A stretch of 63,361 bases of DNA, the filler included, from Octopus bimaculoides (Eukaryota), in assembly GCF_001194135.2 (NCBI RefSeq). It is 5 parts of 5 records of this genome, joined end to end, with 100 filler letters (N's around TTAATTAATTAA, not from the genome) between each part and the next. Parts side by side here need not be neighbours in the genome. Positions count along the whole stretch, not along the records: positions 50,470 to 63,361 come from NC_068985.1; 4 more parts are not named here. One strand, 5' to 3'. Under the pieces are notes generated by a model. The model was not told the origin of the DNA. It did no database searches and saw nothing but the letters and a program-made list of their open reading frames with translations. A program made the position numbers and the translations under genes. Positions 51,172-63,361 of the stretch are shown here, piece after piece (positions within the stretch are counted from its first letter, which is position 1; each line of letters opens with the position of its first letter).

Positions 51172-51733
51172 GGATCTTTTTTAAAACGGGGGCCACATTT
51201 TTCATTAACGAAACACTTTGAAACTTGGAACACTGGTAGAATGTGTCATATAAAACATCATTTTCTATTAGTCTTCTTAAAAAAAAGAGAAATCCCTAAG
51301 TTATTCCATGTTAAAGTTGTCGTATTTCTGTAATTTCAACCAATCACTGACGTCCATTCAGCCGATATACATTAAGTGCCGACTACATAAACAAACGATT
51401 CTGAAACAATTAACCCTAACCGTAGGGTTAGGGTTAGGGTTAAAGCAAATTTAAAATGAAAAAAGCAAATAAAACGAAGGTATAGAGATTAAATACGCTT
51501 TACATCGCTTAATCAGCCAAAGGAGTGAATGTAAACAACTGAATACTTGTCAGTGATTGGTTGAAATTATCGAAATAAGACTATTTTTTACATGAAATAA
51601 ATTCGAATACAAAAATATTTTTCTGTTCTATAACATAAAATAGATAAGTATACGAAGTTTGAAAGTCTTTCGGTACCAAAAACACTACGTAAAACATTAA
51701 TGCAAAATGTGGCCCCTGTTTTAAAAAAGATCC
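51172..51733. mobile_element. MITE with about 37-bp TIRs and exact 8-bp TSD (Merlin-like, by GG ends and TSD length)
   Basis: TIR ggatcttttttaaaacgggggccacattt / aaatgtggcccctgttttaaaaaagatcc; TSD AATTATTG at 51164-51171 and 51734-51741; internal inverted blocks; central telomeric repeats. The MITE call is firm, the superfamily is inferred. Confidence 0.85.
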
Positions 51734-51760
51734 AATTATTGATATTTATTCTTTGGACAG

Positions 51761-51826
51761 AGTTTATATTGATGCAGGCAATGAGAGTGGTTCAGACAAT
51801 CAAACTGGTGAAAGTGATGGGGGAAG
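51761..51826 (+). other. Candidate short exon
   Basis: Acceptor tttattctttggacag, donor GAAG|gtaatg (alternative TCAG|gtaaat at 51838); reads VYIDAGNESGSDNQTGESDG. Splice signals only. Confidence 0.3.
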
Positions 51827-53861
51827 GTAATGATTCAGGTAAATAAAATATGGTAACTGAGAGAGAGAGAGAGAGAGAAGCCTATTACTGTTATTCCCCT
51901 CAATTTTTAAAAAATAATTCTGTCCTATAATTTTCCTGCAATTCATACTCTTGAGCTGTGTATGCAACTATTTATTTTTTTACTCAGGAGCCCAGATAGA
52001 AAGTAAAGTTAGACACAGGGGCCCAGGGAAACGAATATACTTCATGATTGAAAAGTGGGATAAATTGTTATCCAGTGACGAAGAAAAAGCTAACGTCTCA
52101 GATTAAAACCTTTGGGGAGTTGATGATATTGTATGGTACCAAATAAAGTGAGAGTAGTGAGAAAATGAAGGAGAAAATAAGAAAAATAAGCGAAGTAAAG
52201 GAGAGAAAATAATGTAGAAAGAAGGGGTGGGGGAGAATGACTTAGGGGAGATAATTAGCAAAAAAATTTGACTTATTGGAGAAAGTGAGATCGGGCAAAG
52301 AACAGAAGGAAGACAACTTGGTGATGGCGAAAATGTCTGCAAGTTTGGAAAGCAAGCAAGGGAATTAAGGTTAAGAGAAATGAGGTAGGCAAAATGTTTC
52401 TAGAATAAGGATGTTTTTCTCAGCATTTATGAATGTAGAGCAACCAATAGTGTAAGATAACTCTGCAAAACGGGAGTTTTTTTATTCTCTTGTTAGATTT
52501 ACTAATTGAATCGGTACAAACTAAGAATTACCATCAGAATTTTCGGATTACCTCTCAACCTCTTGTAAGATTCAGTACTGCATGAGATTGTATTTGTCAG
52601 GCAGTGCTGAAATGCATGATACACAAGAAGTATACCTTGTTTACATTCATTTTGAGAAAAAAAAAACCCCAAAAAAAAAATCACTCTGATATAAAGTGAG
52701 AAAATTCTAATCCCATCTTGTTTCAGAATCTTTACAGGGCTGGGCTTTTGAATTAAAAAAATTTCAACAGTGTGCTTGTATTATCACTTATTATACTATT
52801 GTTATTTCATAAAATAAGTATTAAAAATAAAACTGTGAAGTAGGGTAGTAATTTTTGTTAAATTTTAACTCAGTCAATTGGTATGTTTTGATTGAATTTC
52901 ATAACTTACATCCTTTCCTACTGCAAAATGATATACACTACGCTTTTTCCCAATCGCCACCAAAATCAAAATGAAAATTAGAAATGCTTCTAATACAATG
53001 GTTCTTGCAGACAGATATCAGACTCGACCAAAAATATCAGAGGAAATATTTCTCCTCTTTCTCTCTGTTAATGGGAAAATGAAGTAGAATACACACCCAT
53101 GTATTCTTTCCTTCTCATTGTGTTGGACAAGATCTATATATTGAAAACCATCTCCATTTTCTATCTTCACTTCCCCCTCCTAACAAGAGTAACTGGTATT
53201 GTACTAAAATGCAAAGTTCTCTTTAATGAAGAAAAAAAGATGTAAAATTGCTTTATTATTTTACAAAGGAATTTCATATACAGTAAATATTAAAAATATT
53301 TTCGATAAGACAGCAAATTATCTCATATCATACATGATACCAAAGGCCTCCTCCAACTGTTATGCCATGGACCAGTTCCAGGCTATAAATCATTTGATAC
53401 AGGGCTATACAAGCAAAAATAAAAAGATATTTCATTTTATTTGCGTGCAGTCTGCAGAGCGTTTTTGTATTATATATGTAAGAATTGAACTGTACATTAT
53501 GCTTTTATTGTTTCATGTGCCTGATTCCCTGCTCTTGCAGGAAACTAGTCCATGGTACAAAAATGGTTAATGACCAAACAAAATAGTTTTTCGAGCATAA
53601 TTTAGGCTCCTAAAAAGTCAGTTACTTCCCTTGTTCTTAATCATATTCACGTCATTTGTACGTATGTAGCTTAATTGTTTTGAAGGAAAGAACAGTGGAC
53701 ACACACACACACACATCTTGAGATGAATAGTTTCGTGATTGAATTAAAATGTTTTCTATTTGTATTATCATAATTTTTTCTCTCCCTATGTGTCTTGCCA
53801 GTACAGCTTTTAGGTAAGGAATTATCTTAGAAATGAAATAACTTTTAATCTTAAGACTATA

Positions 53862-54064
53862 TCCTTTCTACTATGGGCACAAGGCCTGAAATTTTTGGGA
53901 AGGGGGCCAGTCAGTTAGATCAACCCCCAGTACGCAACTGGTACTTATTTTATCGACCTCCAAAAGGATGAAAAGGAAAGTTGACCCCGGCAGAATTTGA
54001 ACTCAGAACATAGCGGCAGACAAAAAATGCCTGGCATGCTGACAATTCGGCCAGCTCACCACCT
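53862..54064 (-). mobile_element. SINE family A copy
   Basis: Reverse complement of head, central domain and tail; CpGs largely decayed to TG/CA. Confidence 0.85.
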
Positions 54065-54370
54065 TTTATTAAAACCATATATATATATTAAAAAAAAATC
54101 TGATATCTTTATCAAATCACTGAAATTGTGACTTGCAGTGGTGAGCTAGAAAAATCAACACCAAATAATTTCTGAAAAACAATAATTGGTTGTTGTTCAA
54201 CTCATCACAAGCTCTGTTTGAGTAGACCTAGGACCGAAGGCTTTCCATCTTGTATTTTGTTTCTCATGCTAGGCTGCATTAGCTAGTGTTTCCTCCCTTT
54301 TCCAAAACAACCTGGTACAATTGGATGAGATTTAACTGTTATTTCTAGCAGGTTGAGTGACTGCATAGAG

Positions 54371-54582
54371 CAGTGTCTCAACTCTATTTTCTCAAGGGAC
54401 ACCATTGATTCCTATTTTACTCTGCTAGACCCTCACCCATTTAATGTTTTTTTAAATAAAATCCTATTTTTATAATTAAATATTAGGGATTTTATAAAAA
54501 AAAAAAAAAAATATTTGCATATTGTAGAAATATAACAAAAATGTTAACAAAATCTTATATGGACCCAGGTTGAGAACCACTG
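54371..54582. mobile_element. hAT (Charlie-type) MITE
   Basis: Ends cagtgtctcaac / ggttgagaaccactg; 8-bp TSD gcatagag / gcatggag; inserted into another dispersed repeat. Confidence 0.85.
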
Positions 54583-55022
54583 GCATGGAGACTCTCTAAT
54601 TGGCTGAAAAGACAATTGGTAACGAGTAGAACAACTGTTATTACTTATTTTGGGACTTGCATACTGAGAAATGAAATATAATTTAATTTTCTCATTTGCC
54701 ACTTAAAAAAATAAAATGGTCATAAGTAATAATGGTGAATGATGTTGATCATCATCATTTCACATCTGTTCTCCATGCTGACATGAGTTGGCTGGTTTGA
54801 CCAGAGTCGGCAAACTGGAGAGCTGTGCCAGCTTGCAACTTGATTAGTTTGGTCTCAACAGGAGGATGCTCTTCCTCATGCCAACCATGCATTTTTGCGT
54901 ATGTATATGCAAAAATCATTCACAGACGTACTCCTGCATACGGTTTCACTGTCCACTTTGAGTTCCGGATCCGATGAAGGAAGGTTCCAAGTATGGTGTA
55001 AAATATGAACACAAATAGGTTC

Positions 55023-55058
<36 letters not shown>

Positions 55059-55269
55059 GTATGTATGGCACCAGCATGGGTGTTTTCTATGTGGACTAGC
55101 ACAATCTGAATGAATCCTCAATGATCTGAAACTTATCATTTTGAAGTTAGATATGATTGAATTATTGGAAGATGGAGAAAAATAAGTTTTGATCTAGGTA
55201 GGTATAAGAATCATACTCGTGTGGTTATTATATAGTTTTACTCATTTTTCTTAGCTAAACAGGAGTGGG

Positions 55270-55490
55270 GACCTATTTTAGTGCCATGTAAAAGGCACCT
55301 GTGCTGGCACTATGTATAAAGCACCCAGTACAATCTGTAAAGTGGTTAGCATTAAGAAAGGTGTACAGCTGTAGAAACCATGCCAATACAATCAACTGAA
55401 GCCTGGTACAGTTCTCTGGCTTGCCAGCTCCTGTCAAACCATCCAACCATGCCAGCATAGAAAACAGACGATAAATAATGATGATAATGA
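55270..55490 (+). mobile_element. RTE-tailed SINE, degraded
   Basis: gcacccagtacaatctgtaaagtggttagcattaagaaagg...ccatccaaccatgccagcatagaaaac. Confidence 0.75.
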
Positions 55491-55783
55491 ATAATGTGTA
55501 TTATCTCTACTAGGTGCTTGAGTGTGTTATTGTCATATCTTGGTTGGCATGAATTATCTTGATGTGCTTGGTATCTTTATGCCTTAGAAAAGGAATGGAG
55601 AAAATGTGCTAAGCTCTAGTTCTGTGACACAGATTATTGATTTATTTTGCTGCACCAATTCCTGAAAATTGATCAAGTTAATTATTGACTAACGCTATGG
55701 TATGACAGATCCCTACATACAATATTGTGATGAGTTCTTGTAAAATGTTTTTTGTTGGGTTGTGGGCATCTATTACAGTTTAA

Positions 55784-56003
55784 GGCTTTAGCATTTAAAC
55801 TGGTCATATCCGGTCAAAATATTCTACCTATTTCATGTTCAAAGCAGACAGATCTAGCCTCTCATGCCTCTGCTATAACATCATTCTAAAAATAGATAAT
55901 CATATTGAAATCTTGCAGCTGTGAGACTGCATAATTAATTTAAAACATAATGAATAAATAAGGATAGGATTGTATTTGATAAAGTAATCTGGATGCCAAA
56001 GGG
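55784..56003. mobile_element. piggyBac-type MITE
   Basis: Flanked by TTAA on both sides (55780-55783, 56004-56007); ends ggctttagcatt / gatgccaaaggg resemble ccctttagcatt TIRs. Confidence 0.7.
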
Positions 56004-56269
56004 TTAAATAGTAATTGTGATATGAACTAGCCTCATGCTTACATGTTGAAGGACAAACCCCATGAGGAAACTTATGGCCACTAGCCTGGTAGAAATAGCT
56101 GAAAAATTTTGCTCAAATCACTTGCTACTGTCTTAAGAATGGAAAAAGCTCATTTAGCAAACATACCCCTAGGCACATTATGCTTTCAATAAATATTAAA
56201 AAAAAAACCAACAACGTGCTATTGATTTTTTTAAAAAAAATGTGTGAGAGAAGATTGCAATGTCGTTGG

Positions 56270-58650
56270 TAAGAAATGTGTCTGCAGAGATGATGGTGCA
56301 CTTGCATTTAATGATTCTGCAAAGAAAGAAGCTTGGAATGAAAGACTGATGGATGTGGAAAATGAATGGAAGCAGGAGAGTCTGCCAAACATTGACCCAA
56401 CTGAGGGACCAGCTCTCTGAATTGACAGTAGCTTAGTAGGTAAAGTAATTAAGGAGAAAGCTCCTGGCCCATCTGATATTGCCACTGAGATGCTTAAAAT
56501 ATCTGGCAGAGTAGGATATAGCCTAGTCAACTGTATAGTTAACCAGATTGTCCCCGAGGGAGTCATACTCAATGATTGGTGTAGCAGCAGCAGTCAACTG
56601 CTTCAAAGTCAAAGGTGATGCCTTAGATAGGAATAATTACAGAAGCATCAAACTGCTGGACCAGGTGATGAAAGTCATGGAGAGGGTCATAGCTCAACTA
56701 ATAAAGGAGAGAATTAGCGTTGATGAGATGCAGTTTGGATTTGTGCCAGGCAGGAGCAAGACTGATGCTATATTCCTAGTTAGGCAGCTACAGGAGAAAT
56801 ATCTAGCCAAAAATAAACCCCTGTACTTGGCTTTCGTTGACATGGAGAAAGCCTTTGACAGGGTCCCTTATCTGGTGGTCAATGAGAAAACTAAGGATAG
56901 ATGAATGGTTAGTGAGAGCTGTACAACCCATGTACAGGGATGCTGTCAGTAAGGTGAAGGTTAACGATGAGTAGAGTGAGGAATTCAGGGTATAAGGATC
57001 AGTTCTCAGCCCCTTCTTGTTCATCATAGTCCTCCAGGCAACAACAGGAATTTAAGACTGGCTTCCCTTGGGAGCTCCTCTATGCTGATCTTCTTCCTGT
57101 AGCTTAATCACCACCTGAACTAGAGAAATTTCAGGTGTGGAGGCAAGGCCTAGAATCAAAGGGCCTTAGAATTAATCTAGTAAAAATCAAAGTCTTAGTA
57201 AGTAGGAGAGCAAACAAATCACAAATCCCTTCAGTTAGATGGCCCACCTCAATCTGTAGGAAAGATGTTGGAAGATGTACTCAGTGCAAGCTTTGGACAC
57301 ATAAGAGGTGCAGCAATATCAGAGGAAGGTTAACTGGGAAAATAACACCAAAAATGTATAGAAAATAGATTCAACTGCCACTGGAGTAAGCCAGGAGTAG
57401 TAGATAACTTTCGTTATCTAGGTGATCAAGTTCGTAGTAGAGGTGGACGCTCTAAGAGCATAGCTGTGAGAGTAAGAATAGGCTGAGCAAAGTTCAGAGA
57501 GCTCCTACCTCTGCTGGCAACAAAGGACCTCTCCTTCAAAGTGAAAGGCAGACTGTATGATGTTTGTGTGCGAATAGCTATGTTATACGGTTGTGAAACA
57601 TGGGCTGTGACAGCCAAAGACATTCATAGGCTTGGAAGAAATGAAGCTAGTATGCTTCACTGGATATGTACGACGGAGTATAAGTATCTTGAGAGCAAAG
57701 TTGGGAATAAGAGGCATCAGATGTGGTGTGCAAGAGAGATGACTGAGCTGGTATGGTCATGTGTTGCGTATGGACGAGGACAGCTGTGTAAAGAAGTGCT
57801 TATCTCTGTGGAGGAAACCTGTGGTAGAGGTAGACCCAGGAAAATATGGGACGAGGTGGTGAAACATGATCTTTGAACGTTGGGCCTCACAGAGGCAATG
57901 GATAATGACTGAGATCTTTGGTGATATGCCTTGCTTGAGAAGACCTGTCAAGCCAAGTGAAATTGTAGTCATGGCTCATGCTGGTGTCATGTAACTGGCA
58001 CTCATGCTTGTGGTACTTGAAAAGCACCTTTCGAGTGTTGGGCCTCACAGGGGAGAAGTGGCTGATGCTGGTGGCATGTGAAGAGCACCTTTCAAGTGTT
58101 GTGCCTCACGAAGGCAATGACAAATGTCCGAGACCTTTGGCATTATGCCGTGCTCGAGGAGACTTATCAAATCAAGTGAAATTGTAGTTGTGGCAGATAC
58201 TGCTGTCATGCAAATGGCACATAAAAGCACCCATTGCACTCTCGGAGTGGTTGACATTAAGAAGGGCCATCCAGCCGTAGAAACTATGCCAAATCAATAA
58301 GGCGGTGAGCTGGCAGAAACATTAGCACACTGGGCGAAATGCTTAGCGGTATTTCATCTGTCTTTACGTTCTGATTCAAATTCCGCCAAGATCAACTTTG
58401 CTTTTCATCCTTTCGGGGTCGATAAATTAAGTACCAGTTACACATTGGGGTCGATGTAATTGACTTAATCCTTTTGTCTGACCTTGTTTGTCCCTTCTAT
58501 GTTTAGCCCCTTGTGGGCAATAAAGAAATAAGAAACTATACCAAATCAGACTGGAGTCTGGTACAGCCTTCCAGCTTGCCCATCCTGGTCAAACCGTCCA
58601 ACCTATGCCAGCATGGACAACAGACATTAAGTGATGATGATGATGATGAT
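56270..58650 (+). mobile_element. RTE LINE, 5'-truncated and decayed (RT, PHD-like insert, 3' UTR, (GAT)n tail)
   Basis: KGDALDRNNYRSIKLLDQVMKVMERVIAQLIKERISVDEMQFGFVPGRSKTDAIFLVRQLQEKYLAKNKPLYLAFVDMEKAFDRVP; GLRINLVKIKV; KGRLYDVCVRIAMLYGCETW; GRGRPRKIW. Confidence 0.92.
58297..58530 (+). mobile_element. SINE family A, full length, nested in the RTE 3' UTR
   Basis: 18-bp TSD agaaactat(g/a)ccaaatca at 58279-58296 and 58531-58548. Confidence 0.92.
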
Positions 58651-58789
58651 GAATCCACAACCACCACCACCATATATTGTAGTAAAAGTACTTGGACATC
58701 TATATGATTATATTTTCTGTCTTACACACACACACAACTGCTTGATAAAAGCCTTGTTTAACTGAATTGCTTTATTGATATTGTTACAG

Positions 58790-58902
58790 TAATGTCTTGG
58801 GATGGTAGCAAATCTCTCCTTGATCAACAACTTGAACGTGAGAGGAGCCGGCACGATCGGTACATGTCACATGATTACAATGATGATTATGATCGTGGAA
58901 AA
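58790..58902 (+). CDS. Candidate host coding exon (MSWDGSKSLLDQQLERERSRHDRYMSHDYNDDYDRGK), product unidentified
   Basis: Acceptor ttgatattgttacag, consensus donor AAA|gtaagt, open 37-codon frame from ATG 58792, non-repeat D/R/Y-rich peptide. Confidence 0.5.
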
Positions 58903-59429
58903 GTAAGTTGGTTTTCTTTATTCAAACAAGTTTCCAAATAATTTCTTTCTTCATTGATATTTATTTATTTGTTGCACATATTCTCAAATAAAACTGCCTG
59001 CTTTAGGTGCCACATTTAATATTTATAGCAGTGGAGTTGTAAGACAACACAGAGGTGAGATTGCACTGGCTGTCAGAATTGTTTGAGAAGTGATTTATTG
59101 CCAAGTTTAAAGAACTCAGTTTCTAGATCATCATAAAACTGAGATATTGTGTTCATGGACAAATTATGAATGAACAATCCATAAATTCTGTTGAAAACCA
59201 GTTTATCAACTGAAGAAATTATTTGTTAATTATGTCAGCTCAACATTAATTTGAAAGAAGAAATAAAAAAAAAAGACTTAGTTTGCTGTCTCCTTCTGAC
59301 TGGGGTAACTATTGTCTCCTTTTTAGCAAGATACTTGTTTCTGCTGCTCTGTTATAACTCCAACCTCTCATCATCTTGCACAAAGCCAAAAGGTCCTTGT
59401 TTTGCAAGTTACTCAGTGACTGTGCCAGT

Positions 59430-59730
59430 GCTGGAGCTATGTAAAGAGTATCCAGTTCACTCTGTAAACTTGTTGGTGTTAGGAAGGGCATCCAACATAA
59501 AAAAAAAACCATACCAAAGTTAACCTCACTGATGCTTATGCCATGTGATAAGCATCCAGTCCACTCTAAAGTGGTTAGCATTAGGAAGGGACTCCAGCCT
59601 GTAAGAAACATGCCAAAGCAGACAGTGGAGTTTGGTACAATCCTCTGGCTTCCCAGCTCCTGTCAAACCATCCAGCTCTTGCCAGCATGGAAGACAGATG
59701 TTAAATGATGATGATGATAATGATGATGAT
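59430..59730 (+). mobile_element. RTE-tailed SINEs (two partly duplicated tails)
   Basis: ttaggaagggcatcc twice; ends gccagcatggaagacagatgttaaatgatgatgat. Confidence 0.75.
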
Positions 59731-60099
59731 GTGCCTCATCACTCTCTGTGGTTGTAATAATGCAATGTAATGATAGGGACACAAAAATAGAAATAAGATT
59801 ATTTTAGCAATGGATGGATTAGGATGAGGGTTTCAAGTTAAACCTGTCTGTCTGTGTGTCTCTTTTTCTCACTATTTTGTTCTTGGTTTTGAAACTCATG
59901 ACAGCAATCATTGTAACTGCAAACTTTTAGACACAGCTGATTTTGTCCTCTTTATGGAACCGACTTAGTGGGATGAAGGGAATAGAAATTCAAGGAACCC
60001 CTTGTACTAACAAGGACAGGCTGTATGGTATGAAGGAATCAGAAAGAAAAGAAATTGAGCCATTAGTGTTAATTACATGAGGTGATAGTATTGATTACT

Positions 60100-60422
60100 C
60101 TCTTACTCTTTTATTCGTTTCAGTCATTTGACTGCGGCCATGCTGGAGCATCGCCTGTAGTCGAGCAAATCGACCCCAGGACTTTATTCTTTGGAAGCCA
60201 AGTACTTAGTCTATCGGTCTCTTTTGCCAAACTGCTAGATTACGGGGACATAAAAACACCACCATCAGTTGTCAAGCGATGTGGGGGGGGGGGCAAACAC
60301 AGACACAAACACACACACACACACATATATATGACAGGCTTCTTTCAGTTTCTGTCTACCAAATCCACTCACAAGGCTTTGGTCAGCCCGAGGCTATAGT
60401 AGAAGACACTTGCCCAAGGTGC
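60100..60422 (-). mobile_element. SINE family B (CORE-like), truncated by gap
   Basis: cagtcatttgactgcggccatgctggagc...ggctatagtagaagacacttgcccaaggtgc. Confidence 0.88.
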
Positions 60423-60749
60423 NNNNNNNNNNNNNNNNNNNNNNNNNNNNNNNNNNNNNNNNNNNNNNNNNNNNNNNNNNNNNNNNNNNNNNNNNNNNNN
60501 NNNNNNNNNNNNNNNNNNNNNNNNNNNNNNNNNNNNNNNNNNNNNNNNNNNNNNNNNNNNNNNNNNNNNNNNNNNNNNNNNNNNNNNNNNNNNNNNNNNN
60601 NNNNNNNNNNNNNNNNNNNNNNNNNNNNNNNNNNNNNNNNNNNNNNNNNNNNNNNNNNNNNNNNNNNNNNNNNNNNNNNNNNNNNNNNNNNNNNNNNNNN
60701 NNNNNNNNNNNNNNNNNNNNNNNNNNNNNNNNNNNNNNNNNNNNNNNNN

Positions 60750-62773
60750 AAGGAGAAGGTGAGTTCTTTTAAATTGCTTTGCTGGAACAACACCCTCCCC
60801 CACTTTCTTTTCTGTAAACAAAAATATCTTTCACTCAAATGGGATGGCGTTATGATGAGCAGAAAAGTTTGTGTTAATCACCTGGACAGCTTTCGTTACG
60901 TGTGTGGAAAATTTACACTAAAAGATCAGAGAAATAAGCTTACAAAGAAATTTTAAAATGATTACAAGTTTAACTTTAGATGCAAAGTTGGGGACCAAGA
61001 TAAACTGCGGGCACCTCATGTTTGTTGCAAAAACTGCTACATAGCACTAACCCAATGGCTGAATGGTAAACGGAAAAGTATGCCATTTGCAGTACCAATG
61101 GTATAGTGCGAACCAACAAACCACCATTCCAATTGTTATTTCTGCTTAATTAACATCACAGGTTTCTCTAAGAACAAATCCAAGATTGTTTATCCAGATT
61201 GCCCTTCAGCTTTAAAATCATTTGCTCATGCTGTTGAAAATATTCCTATTCCAGGACCTCCTTCATCTTTTTTCAAAGATAGTTTAAGTGAAGAAAGTAC
61301 TGCATCTACTTCAATTGAAGGCATGCGGAGTGATACAGCAGATCACTGTGATGAACCAGGATCTTCAAAAGTTCCTCATTTATTAAGTCAACTTGGGTTA
61401 AATGATTTAGATACAGACTTGGGTTTAACAAAAGAAAAGTCAGAACTACTGGGCGCCAGGTTGAAACAATTGAATCTTTTACATGACGGTGTAAAAAGCT
61501 TGTATTTTCAAAAACGGCATACAGAAATGCATGAATCTTTTACGGAGAAGGATGGTATCTGTTTTCGTTGTGATGTTGAAGGACTTCTATGTGAGATAGG
61601 GTACGGCCATAATCCTGAAGAATGGAGACTCTTCATAGATTCCAGCAAAGAAAGCCAAAAATCTTCAATGCCATTTGCACATGCTGTAGGATTAAAGGAA
61701 ACTTATGAATCAATGGATAAAATTTTGCACTTGATTAAATATTCTGAGCACAAGTGGAATATATGCACGGACTTGGAAAGTTATTGGTTTTCTTCTTGGG
61801 TTGCAAGTGGGGTATACAAAGCATCAGTGCTTTTTGAACCTTTGGAACAGCAGAGATGACAAGCATCACTATCATCACAAAGAGTGGCCGAAGAGAAGTG
61901 ATTTCACTCCAGGGAGATACAACGTTAAATATATTCCTTTAGTTGACCCTCAGAAAATTTACCTTTTTCTCTTACACATTAAACTTGGCTTGTTTAAGAA
62001 TTTGTTAAGGCCATGAATGAAGATGGTGAAGGATTCAAATATCTCAGTGAAAAATTTATTTCTAGTAAGACCAAAGCTGGTGTTTTTAATGGACCGGAAA
62101 TTCACCCAATAATTTGTGATGAGCTTTTTCAAGAAAAATTAAGCCCAGTAGAGAAAACTGCTTGGGAAAAGTTTGTTTCTCCTGTAGAAAATTTTTTGGG
62201 AAATGAAGATCATCTAACTACGTTGCAATTGTGAATGATTTTTTGAAAGCTTATAAGCAACTTGGGGCAAGAATGTCTCTAAAAATTCATTTTCTCCACT
62301 CTTATCTTGACTTTTTTCCACCCAATATGGGTGATGTAAGAAATGAGAATGGTGAACGATTTCATCAAGAAATCAGAGAGCTAGAAAGCTGCTACAGTGC
62401 CAGACTTATACCAAACATGCTGACGGACTACTGCTGGTTTTTAGAACGAGAAACGAACATGCAACATAGGCCTAAAAGAAGACACCAAAGCTAATTTTGA
62501 AAACCATAGAATTAATAATATTCACTTTACACTTTTGTTTTGTGTTTTATTGGTCTTAGAATTACTTGTCCACCTAGTTGCTATTGTTCTTATACCAAAT
62601 AACGGTAATTTATGCTTAACATAACATTTATTTTATTTATCATGAATTTTCACATTATTGTAATTTTGATAGCAGTATAATAATGATAGCGCAAAAACAT
62701 GATGTGCTAGAGCAAAAATGATTGCAGATTGCACCATTTTGTCTAATAGTAGCAAAACTTTTGTTGCTTAGTG
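60750..62773 (+). mobile_element. Chapaev3 (CMC superfamily) DNA transposon, near-complete but mutated transposase with right TIR
   Basis: ATG about 60852: SRKVCVNH.DSF.YVCG, KVGDQDK..PHVCC, EPTNHHSNCYFC, EEWRLFIDSSK, KWNICTDL, GYTKHQCFL..WNSRD, HIKLGL, MSLKIHFLHS.LDFFP, GERFHQEI, MLTDYCW; stop about 62494; right end tttgttgcttagtg (CAC terminus). The left end lies in the gap. Confidence 0.85.
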
Positions 62774-63174
62774 TCATATTACCTTATAATCAGACCTGCC
62801 CTTGCAGAATATTGAAAATGTGTGACACATCTTGTATGATAGTGACAATCACTTTACAACTATCACATGCTGTGCAGGAGAACAGACACAAACATACACA
62901 CATTCATACATATGCATGCATATGTCATTGCTTATTATGTAAAAGTGTCGTAAGTCCAAAACATTGCTTTTCAGAATACGAAAAAATAGTTTCACCATTC
63001 CAAAGCAAAAAAACTGTTGTACTACACTTTGACAATTTTTAATATCTTGGAAACTGAAGCAGCTGGAGGTACAATAATTTGACTAAAAGAACTAGCTATT
63101 GCAAGCAAAAATAAATATTGTAAAAACTGCATTTGGCCAAATTTGGACATATGGCAGTTTAACATAACAGCAAC

Positions 63175-63179
<5 letters not shown>

Positions 63180-63230
<51 letters not shown>

Positions 63231-63361
63231 CATACAGGCAAAGAACACAGGTACAAGATTTTCTTGGTCGGCCCAAGGCTATAGTAGAAGACACTTGCCC
63301 AGGGAATGAACCCAGAACCATGTGGTTGGTAAGCAAGCTACTTACCACACAGCCACTCCTG
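63180..63361 (-). mobile_element. SINE family B (CORE-like)
   Basis: ggctatagtagaagacacttgccc...ccatgtggttggtaagcaagctacttaccacacagccactcctg. Confidence 0.88.

Noticed and set aside
51410-51443. Relic of a chromosome end-to-end fusion
   Set aside because: Orientation is CCCTAA then TTAGGG, opposite to a fusion; it is very short and lies inside a TSD-bounded MITE.

Overview
AT-rich, microsatellite-saturated animal genomic DNA. The SINE families, RTE tails and (TA)n/(TAA)n/(CA)n density point to a coleoid cephalopod such as Octopus (inferred, not searched). The window is not one contiguous locus: four identical 100-bp linkers (44 N + TTAATTAATTAA + 44 N) join five segments (1-15062, 15163-24952, 25053-40065, 40166-50369, 50470-63361), and there are many ordinary N gaps. 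No complete host protein-coding gene is recognisable, only a few candidate exons. Most interpretable sequence is transposon-derived: Penelope-like retroelements, R4/Dong-type restriction-like-endonuclease LINEs, L1/Tx1-type LINE ends, RTE LINEs and RTE-tailed SINEs, two tRNA-derived SINE families, hAT, mariner and Chapaev3 transposase relics, and several MITEs with intact TSDs. The standout is a 351-bp tandem unit at 39580-40065 carrying a complete type I hammerhead ribozyme fold with a variant core (CCGAAGA), matching the architecture of metazoan non-LTR retrozymes that make circular RNAs. Also notable are a PHD-type zinc finger inside the RTE reverse transcriptase and a MITE with divergent telomeric repeats at its centre.
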